Shown piece after piece: positions 34,006 to 47,200 of a stretch of 64,000 nt of DNA. The stretch covers positions 1,364,001 to 1,428,000 of the forward strand of contig NW_027191406.1 in assembly GCF_041146345.1 (NCBI RefSeq), read 5' to 3'. Positions within the stretch are counted from its first letter, which is position 1; every line of letters starts with the position of its first letter. This stretch comes from Neodothiora populina (taxonomy: Eukaryota). The notes beneath the pieces are model-generated. The model was not told the origin of the DNA. It was given only the letters and a program-made list of their open reading frames with translations, and searched no databases. Both the position numbers and the translations under genes were made by a program.

Positions 34006-37000
34006 TGGTCTATTCATCAATGCAGACGCCTCGAACTCAGAAGTGATACAGTTGACACACTAAAAGCGAACATCCTAAATGCTTGATAGTCAACAGACGC
34101 TTCTGACTCGGCAAACGTCGACCCACGAGAGCAATGACCTATCGGAAAGCACTCGAAGGGTACTGGTGACTAGTTGATAATACACTAACCAACCTTCGCA
34201 AAAGAGGCATCGTAAGCCTAAGCGACAAAAGAAACCGTTGCAAACGCTCTAGTCTCAAAAGAGCCGGTACTCAGGGTTTTTCACATCAACGTTGGGAGAC
34301 AGTTAATGGGGCTCTCGTTGCGCCACAGCGCTATAATCCTTTTTAGCACAACGGGAGTATACTTTGCGGTGCTCGTGCTCGTATACGGGAAGGGTTTAAT
34401 GCCGGAGTTGGTTGGGCTATGATAATAGCACTCTTGCAGTATAGCATTGACACACGTTGATCGACTCGATTCGAGAAGTCATCAACAGTATCACCTTACA
34501 GAGACCAGATGCCAGAGAAACAAGCGTTCTAGTATATGTGGAAATGTAGCTACGGAAATGGACAATGTGTGGAAAGGATAAGGGTGCACAGGACAGGAAA
34601 CAGGACGGAGTCTCGAGGAAACTAATGACAATACAACGGTTGCTATTTGAACAACAACGCATTATTAGACGAGAATACCACTGTAGTGTGGTACAAGTAT
34701 GGATACTATCTTACTTTGTACAACATTTCAGTTTATGTGCAAGCAAATGTTGCTGATAATAAGGGCAACGCTGTATGGAGTAGAGTTTGATAAGATACAT
34801 TAGAGACTACAATGGAAAGTAGAAATCGCAACATGCCAAGCGACCCTGGTCCTCCTCTCTTCCTACACCATTAAGCCCTGTATACACACAATATATCAAA
34901 CGATTGGCACATACAACGCTGGAAATGACTTCAAAACTGTGTGACGAGAATAGGTGAAAGACTGGCTAGACTGACGCTGTGGTTATGCTATAGCACATCC
35001 TCCTCGTAAGGGAAATGTAGAGCATCAAAACTCATGGTCAGGGAACGCAGACACACATGCATACAGTCTTCACGGCGCTACGATCGTGGCTTAGATATCT
35101 GCCTTCTTCCGCTCGGATATAGACGAAAGGGTGCAGTAAGGCAGGCATATTGCCATCTATTCATCTGCATCGATAAGGCTGCAACGATATTTACAAAAGA
35201 CAAAAGAAGAAAGACGATCGAAGTCGAGTCAAGACAGTATGATACATCAGAGGCGAAAATGGATAGTCCTTAGTAGTAAGGAGATATTTCTAAATCAATC
35301 GCGATCATAATCACGAAAACAGGATGTTCAAATGATAGTAGGTTTTCCTTGCTATTCGACAACGTACAGTACAAGGATTATCGGGTATAAAAGTACTACG
35401 CCAAGCCCACGTGCTGCACAATATGCTTCACCCATAGAAGAAAAGTCTGCTGTAAAGCCAGAAAATGAGCCCGCGGGGGGAATGATCGGGTTCTAGCAGG
35501 TTGAAACAAGGTAGACTTTTCATATTATACAAGTATCTACGTGTATGTGTGTGCTCCGTATGAGTGAGTGAGGGAGTGCGTGTGTCAGGTATTATGAGCT
35601 TTTCCTGGATTCAAGCTTTGGGCTCCTGTTGCGTCTTGCGCGTCACGCTCGTTTGGTGGTAGTAGTAGTGGTGGTCGTTGTTTCAGCATTCCATAGGGCA
35701 TCGTGTCGAGGAGTGAGACATTGACGACCGAATAAGAAACTTCATATTACATTGACCAAGGAGATAGAAGGACTGAGAAGAAGCCGCGGACGACGGTAAT
35801 GGAAGATGAGATGACTGGACCAGAAGAGGATCTGCATACAGCACTGTACTATAGAACATTCGAATTTCTGTTCTCAAGGTTTTGTTTGTTTATTCAAAAC
35901 ATCACGTTAAGCCTTATAAGGCAGGATGAACAGAAACCCCCATCACCTTCGTATGCACGAGTGACAATGTACTGTTTATCGTACCTGTACCTATACAAGT
36001 ACATGCACTGCATCTGCTGGGCGCAGAAGCCCAGTGACCTACAGTAGCATCGACAAGGGTGGAAAAGGGCGCGTGTGTGTGGTTAGGCTCAACCGAGGTC
36101 TTCTCTTGCAGGAGACAACGACGAGATCGTCGTACCTGAATCACTTGTCATAATTGTTCAATCGCCAGAAACGCAAATTTGTTTGCGAAAAGAAGGTAAG
36201 GTACGCACACTGCAGCTTGTACCCGTGGCACCGCGACAACATCAAGCACACACAGAGTCAGTCTTACCACGCATGCACAATTTCCGCTCGACGTAAGGTG
36301 ACATGTGCATATAAATGGCCAGACATGCATGACTTGGAATTTATGCATGGACGCCCGTGCTGTTAGAGTAAGAGGCGTCTCCTAGCGGAATGTCACCAGG
36401 AACCCATCGTCGCTCTGGTTGACTTGCCAAATGGTTCTCCTTCGGTCACGCCCCGGACTTCCCAAAGTTGTCGCCTGTGCATAGTGGATAAGAAGGGAAC
36501 AGACTCCAGGTCGTCGGATTTCTCGCACAGTGGTCGAATCCTGTACGGACCGGCGGGCGGGGCGCCATTTCCCCAAACCTTAATTCGCCGAGATTGAGAT
36601 AAGATGAAGGCAGGACTCTAAGAAGGGGTATCCCCAGCAAGAGCCAGCCTATCAGTGATATACCTTGATACATAAAAAAGCATGACCGGCCTCTCGCGTA
36701 TATACCGAGTCTTTAGTAGTGAGTGGCGCATATAGGATTGCTGGAGCCATAGTAACGAACATAAGTCCGTAGTGCATGCTGGCTTCTACCTAAGGAAAAT
36801 GGTGCGGGTCGGACCCAAGTGTTCGGGTCTCGTGCGGGTGCAGACGACCCAAAGCTGAAGACAGTGAACGATGATACAATATGTATACGTTAGAATGCAC
36901 ATTAGCTCAACATGTGACGGGTCACGATGGTCGCACATAGTTGGGGTGTTTGGAGGGCATCCGTCATCGTGGTTCAATCATGAGAAGGGCTTAATGCCAG

Positions 37001-38592
37001 GCTGAGTGAGAAGAGATACGATGTGTGTTTCAGCTCTGCGCAAATTGCAGCATTCTCAACAGCGAGGCAGCTCCGACGTTAGACAAGAGTTACGAAGAGA
37101 GCGGCCACGGCGGCTATGGACCGTATACAGAGATATGTACTGTACCACTGCCAACTTATCAGCGGTATGGGCTGGCTGTCTGGAAGAGCCGGACTCGTGG
37201 CAGAGTAGGGGCCACAGCCGTCACGACGCCCGCTGGAGACGGTGGCCGCTGCATGTTCAACAAACTGCGCGTTTCAGAGTGATTGGCGCCCTGGGCGCTC
37301 GATCCCTTGGAAAGCATCACAGAATCGAGATTGGGCATGCACAAACAAAGGGATGTGGGAAGCACGAAAGCGACCATGTACACGAAGAGGAGGACGGGCT
37401 GGACCCAAGGCTGGGCTTGTACAGTACGGTAGTAGCATGACGGAGGAGGAGGAGGAGCAGGAAAGTAGGAGCCATTGGGCGGGATTTGTTGTGGGCCCGC
37501 TCGAGTGGGAGGTGGGGCACGAACAGTAGGTCTGGCGCGTTGCACTAATAGGGCCGTCCTGGTACGGGGACCTAGTCCTGGGTAGGGTAGGAGGCAGGGT
37601 AGTCGAGGTACAATAAGGATCCAGGCGTGGGCAAGAAGGCAAAGTACTGTACCTAAAGTTTGCTTCAAACAATAATCGATACTCGCATGCTTCCCTCGAA
37701 CGGCTGGCTGGCAGATGTCGACTGTTAGCCTCAAGTCGTCGCAAGCGAACCCAACGTCCGAGCTCGTCGCCATCGAGTGCAAAAAGTCAGTCGAAGGCCA
37801 AGGACGGACGGTAGGCAAGAAGTAGTGTGTGAGTAGTGTCGGTAGTCCAAGCAATAGACGTGTGTACGTCCGGAGTCTCGTGTAAGGGTCGAAGGAAAAA
37901 AGGTTCGCGATTCCTCGATCGTGATGGAACAATAATAGTAATAATAATAATTATACTGCCTGTTGGCCTCACCCAGACCCAGCAGCCTGCACCACCCACT
38001 TCCAGAACGATTTACTTTTCGGTGTAGTAGAAGTCATCATCAACAACAACCCCCGCCGCCCGGTTCTTGTAAGAGACAAAGTCCCTTGGCTTTTTCTTCT
38101 TATTGTTATCCAGCATCTGTCGTTATTATTGTTGTTGCTGTTGCTGTCATTGTCACTGTAGTGCATTCGGCCATCGTCAATCAGCCCGTCAATCAATCAA
38201 ATCAATCTATCAACACGGATTGGGCATCCCTACCTCACCCTATCCACACTTACAGCACCTTACTCACCACAGTCGCTCGCTTCCAAGACACGGCATCCCT
38301 TGTAAGCGGCAGGTCAGAGGTAACCAACCCTCCAATCGGAAGAGACTCAGCCAGACCCAAGTTGGCTTTCACGAGCGAACCTTGACCTATTGGAACCACT
38401 GACCTTTACCTTTTGCGCCCTGTGTGTTGCTGCATTACCCTACCTTGCCTTGCCTTTGACCAAAGAAGTCCCCCCTCACCCCCGATCCCGCGCGCATCGG
38501 CGGCCTAGCTGGACCCCTTCCTTCGCCCTTTGAGCTTTTTGTGTAGCATTTGAGTGCTCTGATTGCCTTGATTGCTTCGATAGCTTCGCCGA

Positions 38593-41375
38593 ATGGAACA
38601 CCACACTCCTCCTGCTCGTCTCCGCAAGACCCCTTCTGCCAGCGAATTTAGCAGAATTGATTATACCAAGCCGCGTTCCACACCGACATTACGACGAGCC
38701 CCATCGGCGCCAGTGCGATCTCGATATAGAGAGGTCTCCGGCACTGGAGCGGCCACTGGCACCACTGGCACTGCTACTATTAGCACTACTGGCACCGTTG
38801 CTAGCACTGGCACCGTCCACACTCACAGCAGAAGAGACACCCTCCCTGATCTACACGTTCCCGAAAGCGACAATCCAGACCGTCAACAGTATCAACAGCA
38901 GCAGGAACAGCAACAACACCTCCCACCCTCCGCTATTGGAGCTGTCTCCTCGACAAACGACCTTCACCGTCTCTCCGAAGCATCTGCGGAACTCCTACCG
39001 CCGCCTCAGCTGAATCCTGATTTACGACCCGACTCACTGGCCATCTTCAGTTCTAGCTCGCATTCACTCGTTGCTCCCACAACCACCTCCCTCTCCGCCT
39101 CGCCGTCTCCTCATCTGCTACCCCTCGATAACGCCAGGACCATCCCCACGTCCAAATCCACCCCTGCCATACGACCACCCCAAGCCCCACGAGCACAAAC
39201 TACCGGTCGTCTATCGCTGAGGCACACCCTCTCCACGCGAGGGTTGAAGCGACCTTCGATCATCGGCATCATGGAAGGGGGCGCCACTCCGTCGCCTCGC
39301 TCCAACAATGGCAGCACTGCCACAGATGGAACGAGCAGTCCGCGACAGCGCTACAGTGACGAGATCAAGTCGAAGAAAAAGAACGGTCTCGCCAACTTCG
39401 TTACTGGTTTAATGAAGTCCAACTCGCGACCTGCAATTTCTGCACCTGCAAACCCTCTCCATGTCGTCCACGTTGGCGTGGACAGCGCCACTGGCGCATT
39501 CACTGTACGTATTTTTCTTCTTTTTTTCTTCTTCGTACCTGATTGCTACGGGTCTGCTTCGCACTCACTCACATGCCGACTCTTCTTGTATGCCTTTGGC
39601 GACCGTCGCTGACAATGCACTAGGGACTACCCAAAGAATGGCAACACATGCTTGCGACGGCTGGAATCTCCGAGCAAGAGCAGAAGAAGGACCCCAAGAC
39701 GGTGCTTGATGTCGTACAATTTTACAAGGAGAACACGGAGAAAGATCCAGAAGACGCTTACTGGCACAAATTCGATCATGCTCGTCCACAAGACTCACCG
39801 CAGAACTACTGCCCGTCCAACATCATCACTTCTCCCACCATGTCCAGCTCTGGTTTTGGTCACATCTTGAGCCCTCCTCAGAGTCCGCGCTTCCCTCGCA
39901 ACAACGAAGAAAGCTTCGAGAACCCCCGAGCACCTCCTCCAGTCCCTCGTGGCATGAGCAATGTCGGTCTCGGACTTGGGCCTACGTCTCCGCCAGCAGG
40001 TACTGGCATGCTACCGATGCGCCAGGCTCCTCGTGTGCCAGGAGCCACGAATGCGCAAGTCACGACTCCATCCCGCCAGGCTCCTGAGACTCCTGTCATG
40101 TCGCCTCAAAACGAGCGCGGCGAGCACGACTTCCCCGAAGTGCAATACGCCCCTCCTACTGTTGATCAGATCGCCCAGAGCACCCATCCGTCATCTCGGT
40201 CCCGTTCCACTTCGGCAGCCCAGCAACAGCAACAACAGCAAGCCGCATTCGCACAGCAATATCAAGCGGAACAACGTGAAGCCATGGCAGCAGCTCAACA
40301 AGCATACCAGCAGAAAGCTCTCCAACGCAGCCAGAGTCAAAAGGTACAGCAATATGGTCCTTCAGGCGCCCAGCAATCAGATCCCAAAAACATTCCCATG
40401 CCGCAGAACGATCCTCGTGCAGCAGGGGGCGCTCGGCCCAGACCACGTCAACGACAAAGCCAGGCGGTGGCCGAAGAGATCGTACAAAGGCTGCAACAGA
40501 TCTGCAACCCGGCCGACCCGGTCAAGCGATACCGCAACCTGAACAAAATCGGTCAGGGTGCATCTGGTGGTGTCTTCACAGCATACGAAGCCGGCACGAA
40601 CAAGTGTGTCGCGATCAAGCAGATGAACCTGGAGCAACAGCCGAAGAAGGACCTGATCATCAACGAGATCCTTGTCATGAAGGACAGCAAGCATAAGAAC
40701 ATTGTCAACTTCATGGACAGTTTTCTGGTGAAGGGCGATCTCTGGGTGGTCATGGAGTACATGGAGGGAGGCAGCTTGACAGACGTCGTGACCTTCAACC
40801 TGATGAGCGAGCCGCAGATAGCAGCCGTGTGCCGCGAAACGCTTCACGGCCTGCAGTTCCTGCACTCCAAGGGTGTCATCCACCGAGACATCAAGTCGGA
40901 TAACGTGCTCCTTTCCATGGAAGGCAACATCAAGCTGACCGATTTCGGTTTCTGCGCCCAGATCAACGAGTCGCAGCACAAGCGCACCACGATGGTCGGC
41001 ACACCGTACTGGATGGCGCCCGAAGTGGTCACTCGCAAGGAATACGGACGCAAGATCGACATTTGGTCCCTCGGCATTATGGCCATCGAGATGATCGAGG
41101 GCGAGCCTCCGTATCTGACGGAGAGCCCGCTGAGAGCTTTGTATCTGATCGCGACGAACGGAACGCCCCAGATCAAGGCGGAAGAGGAGCTCACGCCCAT
41201 CTTCAGGGACTTTCTGGGGTTGGCACTAAAGGTGGACCCCGAGAAGCGAGCGAGCGCGCACGATCTGCTGAAGCACCCCTTTATCCAGACGGCGGCTCCT
41301 CTAGTCATGCTTTCAGGTCTCGTACGCGAAGCCAGACGGGCTCGCGCAGAAGAGCGCAATGGCAAGAGCAAGTAA
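38593..41375 (+). CDS. STE20: PAK-family Ser/Thr kinase Ste20; exons 38593-39504 and 39624-41375
   Basis: [18 protein letters not shown], spliced FT-GLPKEWQ, kinase [31 protein letters not shown]-terminal Gbeta-binding-like motif; no PH domain, so not Cla4. Confidence 0.93.
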
Positions 41376-43146
41376 CGAGTGAGATGTGCAGAGTCATGAA
41401 GCAGTTACATGGCACCATTTTCGAGTTTCGATCTTGATCGTTTTCACTGGCATTGCGACACGTGTCCGACGGACACGGCCCTTTAGATTGGCAGGCCATC
41501 TGCCACATATAAAGCATTATGACATGACGGGAAGAATTGAGCAGCGTCGCGTATGGACTGCACTTCAGCCAGTCATTCATCTTCACTGCGTCACCAAGCA
41601 ATGGGATACGAACACGAGCGCCTGTCTTTAAATGTTTTTGTTTTTGATCCGAGCGCGCCCGCGATTCTCACACATACACGAGACCCGAGCGGTCTTGGAC
41701 AACTCCTTGTCTGGTACGAAAGAAGAAAAAGAAAAAGATATCCGGGGTGTTATACTTTACGCAGTCCAGCGAACGGCGTTTCTCTAACCCTTTTATGTGC
41801 GTCTCCCCCTGGCGCTGGCACAAGCAGGTCTGGCGGGCGAGTCAGAGATATGTGTCAAACAAGTCGCGGGACAGAGAATTGTCCTTGCGCAAGGGAAAAC
41901 AAGGCGGAATGGATGGATGGAGGGAGTGGATTGGGCAGGTTTTGGTCACACGGCTATAGGCAAAGTCACAGGGTGGATATCTACTGGTAGCACAGGTGGT
42001 ACGAAGAGGTGTGAAGGAGCAAAGCAGCGACATTTCCTCCAGATCTGTCGTCTGCTTTCTTATCCTGTTATCAACCGAGTTTTCTCAAGCCTATTTTGAA
42101 GATGGCACAATGGGTATATGGAATGGAGGCTCTAGCATAAGGCGATAGTCCTCGACTGTCTAGTCTACGAAATTTCATCATGGTGACATTCTCATCGCTT
42201 GCCTACCTACCGTACCCACCTACCTGCCTATCGGCTGTGCATTATTCTACTTAGGCCGTCGCAAGACAAGCATTTCCAAGTGCACACCACTCGCGCAGAT
42301 GCTTGCTTTCACACAAGCAAGTCGATGTCAATCCTCCCATCTCACGCCACAGGTGAACAGAAACAGGCTGTGTCTATCGCAAAGCCTCTATCAAGCAACA
42401 ACATAGTGGTGGGAATAAGGGCAGACCGCAGACGAAGAGACGCATCACCTCGCCTCGTAAGCAGTATTGTTTGTAATCAAAAGTCCCGGATTCTCTAGAC
42501 TTATACTGACAATATACAAGGCACAACTGTAGCTTGGTCGTACAGAAAGGCAGAGTAGAGTGAGTCATGTGTGCGTGTGGCTCAGAGGCATTGCTTTGCA
42601 GCTGTGCGTGCATAGGTGGCGAAGGCTGAGTCTGTCTCTGCGGTGCAGCGCGGTGTAGCTTGTGCCTGACCGTGGTCAATGGGGAGTGTTGATCGGGGAT
42701 TATGACTGTTATAGCTATGTCAATGAATAAGGTAGTGTACAGTAACAGCACGTACGGAGAAGTTGGATGCGCAGGAGGAGGGGCGGAGGCAACATGTACC
42801 TGGGCTACCTGGACTTGGGTGATGCGCATGACGTCTCTTGGCGAGTCTCGGGGTTAGTTGGTGTATACGGAGCACCCTACGCGGGCAGGTACCTAAACCG
42901 ACAATCCAAGGCAACTGCCTTTTGAACCATTCGCCATCGGAGTAGCTTCCCTTTTAGTTGATATCTACTTTTTAATTCAGCTGCCTAACATCATCCTGGT
43001 CACAGACTTTTGGTCAAATCACAGGAAAACAATAGGGTTTCTTGATTGAAGTGTCGGTCATCCTGAACCCATCTCAGTGTTCGTCGAAAGGGTAGCCTTA
43101 GCGCATATATACACATCCACGACTCAACTCGACGGACTGCGGGGGT

Positions 43147-45286
43147 ATGTTTCGCGCCGCCAACAATCCCTTTGACGATGCCGTCGGTAGGTCACCAGTC
43201 GCCGTAAGAAGAGCAGAAGAGGAGAGAGACTGACCAAAACCTCCCAGTCAAGGCAACCGACGAGAACCTCACATCGGAGAACTGGGCGTTGATACTGGAT
43301 GTCTGCGACCGCGTGACGGCCTCTCCTCAAGGACCATCCTCGGTCATTGCCGCCTTGATCAAGCGCCTCGCCCATCGAAATGCCAATGTCCAGCTCTACA
43401 CTCTCGAGCTCGCCAATGCTCTGTCTCAGAACTGCGGGCCTCCTCTGCATCGCGAGCTCGCCTCCCGCAGCTTCACCGACGCCCTGCTGAGACTCGCCAA
43501 TGACAGAAACACCCACCAGATGGTCAAGGCCAAGGTCATGGAGCGCATGGGCGAGTGGACCGACATGTTCGGCAAAGACCCCGACCTGGGCATAATGGAG
43601 CAGGCCTTTGACAAGCTGAGGGCTGGACACCCGGGTCTGGCTCCACCGAGCAAGCCCGTCAAGAAGGGTATGAGTGCAGACGACAGACGGAAAGAAGAGG
43701 ATGAGTTGCAGATGGCTTTGGCTCTGAGTCTCAAGGACAAGGGATCAGATGCGCCTGCATCCACCACATCGCCTGCCGCATCAGGAGGCGCTGCTTCCAC
43801 CGACGCACAGCCAGCCAGCGGTCAACATCAGCAGCCTTCGGGGACTACCGCCGCCACAGTCAGCAGAGTCAAGGCGCTCTACGACTTCACCCCTAGCGAG
43901 CCGGGCGAGTTGGCCTTCAGGACAGGCGACATCATTGCGGTGCTTGAGAGCGTGTACAAAGACTGGTGGAAGGGCAGCTTGAGGGGCCAGACGGGCATCT
44001 TCCCTCTGAACTACGTGGAGAAGCTACAAGATCCCACCGCGGAAGAAATGGAGAGAGACGCAGCCATGGAGGGCGAGGTCTTTTCGCAGATCAGGAACGT
44101 CGAGAAGCTGCTGTCACTGCTGAGTGTGAGGCAGGACGGCATGGGCGGCGGCTCAAGAGACTCAGGCACCGAGGAAGAAATCACCGAGCTCTACAACCAG
44201 ACGCTGGCCATCAGACCAAAGCTGATCGAGCTGATCGGGAAGTACTCGCAGAAGAAGGATGATTTCACCCAGCTGAACGAGAAGTTCATCAAGGCCCGTC
44301 GCGACTACGAAGCTCTTCTCGAGTCGTCAATGTCGGCGCCACAGTACGCAATGCCGCCGCGACAGAGACAGCCTTCTCAGCCGTACTACGTGAACGCATA
44401 CGGTCCACCTCAAGGTTATCCTCCTCAGACACAGCAGCAAGGTCATCCTCCTCAAGGGCCCCCTCCGTCGCAGGATCCTCGCTATTCTTATTCTTCTCCT
44501 CCGCCGGATGCTCAGTCTCACCAACAACCTCCACAGAACGCATATGCGCCGTACAATCCTTCAGCGACCCCAGGCCCAGCACCCTTTCATTTTCTTCCTA
44601 ATGGCGCGCCTCCCCCTCAATCAGAGCAGCCGTCTTCTCCACCACCCCAAATCAGCATGGCTCCCCCGCCTGATGGCCGCAACTATCCACCCCAGCAGAG
44701 CCAACAACAAGCTCCTCCGCAACAAAACCGACAACCGCCTCCACAGCAGTCACAAGGGGGAGCCAGTCATCTGCAGGCCGGCAGACCAAACAGCATCCAC
44801 ACCCTGAACAGTGGCAACCCTCAAGAACTAGGCGCAGGAACATATGAATCACCCGTCGAGCCACGCCACCAATCACAGCAATACCCACCCGCACAGGGCT
44901 CATCACAGCACCTACCCCTCCGTCAAGCAGCAGCAGCGCCATCATCAGCGAACCCCTACGACAGCCCAGGAGCCTCGTCCTCGGTGTATAGTCCTCAGGT
45001 CCCAATGGCAGCAGGAGAAGATCCCTTGTCACCCGTATATCAACCACAGTCATCAGCATACAACACGCAGCAGCAACAAGTGCCTCAACAGCCCTCTCAC
45101 CCGCCCCCTGGACCTCCGGGAGCGAACATCATACCCCCCGCGGGAACATATCCTGCAATAGGCGGTGGAGGAGCAGTCGCTGGCGCTGGAGCATATCAGG
45201 CTTATAACCCTCACGGCCCATCTGCGCCGTCTGCGCCCCCTGCCGCTGCTGCTGCTGGCGATGACGCCAGTGACTTCTATCGATAG
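43147..45286 (+). CDS. HSE1: ESCRT-0 subunit Hse1 (VHS-UIM-SH3-GAT); exons 43147-43186 and 43248-45286
   Basis: MFRAANNPFDDAV-VKATDENLTSENW (VHS), EEDELQMALALSL (UIM), VKALYDF...WWKG..GIFPLNYV (SH3), Pro/Gln-rich tail. Confidence 0.93.
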
Positions 45287-46404
45287 GGCACCCCTTCTCA
45301 TGTAGTCTTTTGAAATAAATACTGTATTCTCTTTCGAACCTGGAATCCAACTCGGAAGTATAGTCTGCTTGCTGCGCCATGTACAACACGGTATCTCGAG
45401 CCCTCGTAGTAAGCCTTGCTTTCAATTTCCGTAACAGACGCGCTCAATCAAAAGCAGCATAGTCCCTTCGAAAGAATTATACCTTTGAAGCGAAACACGA
45501 TCACTTCGCTGAGATCACCAAAGTATCGTCTCAACAAGAACATGTTTCAAGCGTACTGTATTGCAAAAAGCGCGAATACGCAGCGTAAAGTGGAATGTCA
45601 TTTGGTCGGAGCGTGCGTGTAGTAGTGGGAGAAACTAGAGAGGCATGACATGACACCCTTGTTGGTGACAAAAGTGGGGGGTGGGGTTACTCCTCGACAT
45701 GTCACGCGGTGGAAGGCGTGATATACCTGTCTGTCTCGAGAACATGGATCTATGTATATATAAACGCAACTTTGCGATCCTTGACATGCGACAACAACAA
45801 CAGTATCCGAGGCCCGAGTAGAGTCAGAAAGATGCATCACAGGGAAATAGTCAAATGGATAAAACCGCGAGAGAAAGGCGAAAAGAAAATGTATATATAT
45901 GAATTTGTAGACCTGCCATACAGTGAAATTCCAAACAACAAGAAGAAGAAGGAAAACAGAAAACAAGGAGAAAAAAAAGCATTCCACTTTGTCCGGCGCG
46001 CTTCTGCTTTCAAAGAGCAGAAGACGGGGGTGGGCTTTTCTGTTTTTCCTCCTTTCCGTCTCTACTACTGCTAAAATCCTAGGACTAACGCTACTTATTA
46101 CCACTTCCTCGTCAATGGTGTTGGCGGCATATCTTCCCCTCGTTCTATATATGGAGGCAGGCCATAGAATGACGCCTGTCCACTCGACAACCAACCGTTC
46201 TTTCCCCAGACGAGGAAGGCGGCAGCACAGGAAGACTGTTTGTTTCCTGCCATCACTTTCCGCTTTCTCTTGTCCATCTCCGCTATAGCGACCCCTTCCC
46301 TTCTCGTATCATGCAATTGTTTAGTCTTCCTCTCACATTGTGTACTCTTGTCTCTTGCGAAAGGCGCAGAGAGAGAACTGCTCAACTCCTTCTCCCCAGC
46401 TTCT

Positions 46405-47200
46405 TTACTTCGACTCGGCAGCACCCTGCGATTGCAGGTATGAATACGCCACGTAGGCGAGAGCGCCACCGACGAGCAGAAGCGCATAGACGCCCATGCC
46501 GAGGCCGCCTGCGTCCGGTCCTGACGTCTTGGAGCTCGTGGGTTGGGCGTGGGACTTGGGGGCTGGGTCTCCGGGCTTTTGGTGTATCAGTGGACCTGCA
46601 CAAAGTGGGGGGAGGATGGAAAAAGAGACTTACAGCACGCTTGAGTGTGCCGATGAGCATGCCATTGAGGATCTCGCGGGCTTCGTCACTGTGGCCGACA
46701 TCCTCGAAAGCCTCGGTTGCGTCTTGACCTCCTACGTCGAGCATGACTTCCTCACCGCCGCTACTCGATATGTCAGCAATGAGGATTGTGAGAGGGGTGC
46801 CTTTTGCGGTGAGCAATTGGGAATGCAGGAACTCTCAAGCGAGGAGCATCATCGCTTAATCCACTTTCTGCACTGTGTAGCGTGTTCGAGCAGAGGCAGA
46901 TGGTGATATGGCTTGAAAGAAAAAGAAAAGATACAAACGTACGGGTGCTCGTCCACAAAGCTGGAAGTGTTATAGACCTTGTCGTGAATGACCATGAAAA
47001 GATCCTGTGGTTCGCCGCCTCGAGTCAGCCTCCACACCGCATGATTCGATTTGCCTTGCTGTTGCGCTGAAGGGGCGGCGCATCAAGAGTGGCGGTTTGT
47101 AGCCTGCTGCTCTTGCCCTCCCTATTGCGTGACTGCCATCTTTACGCACCTTCTTGCTAGCATGCTCGCTAACATCCGAGTAAGTAAACTCCTGAGACAT
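46405..47200 (-). CDS. CYB5: Cytochrome b5, tail-anchored; exons 47200-47150, 47004-46943, 46760-46634, 46575-46405
   Basis: Spliced product [28 protein letters not shown]...EHPGGEEV...[12 protein letters not shown] with a C-terminal TM helix. Confidence 0.93.

Noticed and set aside
34400..35500. AT-richer stretch considered as RIP-degraded transposon
   Set aside because: No transposase or reverse transcriptase remnants and no terminal repeats seen; RIP indices not computed
37159..37932. 257-aa minus-strand ORF upstream of STE20
   Set aside because: Non-ATG start, no domain features, composition like promoter or UTR sequence
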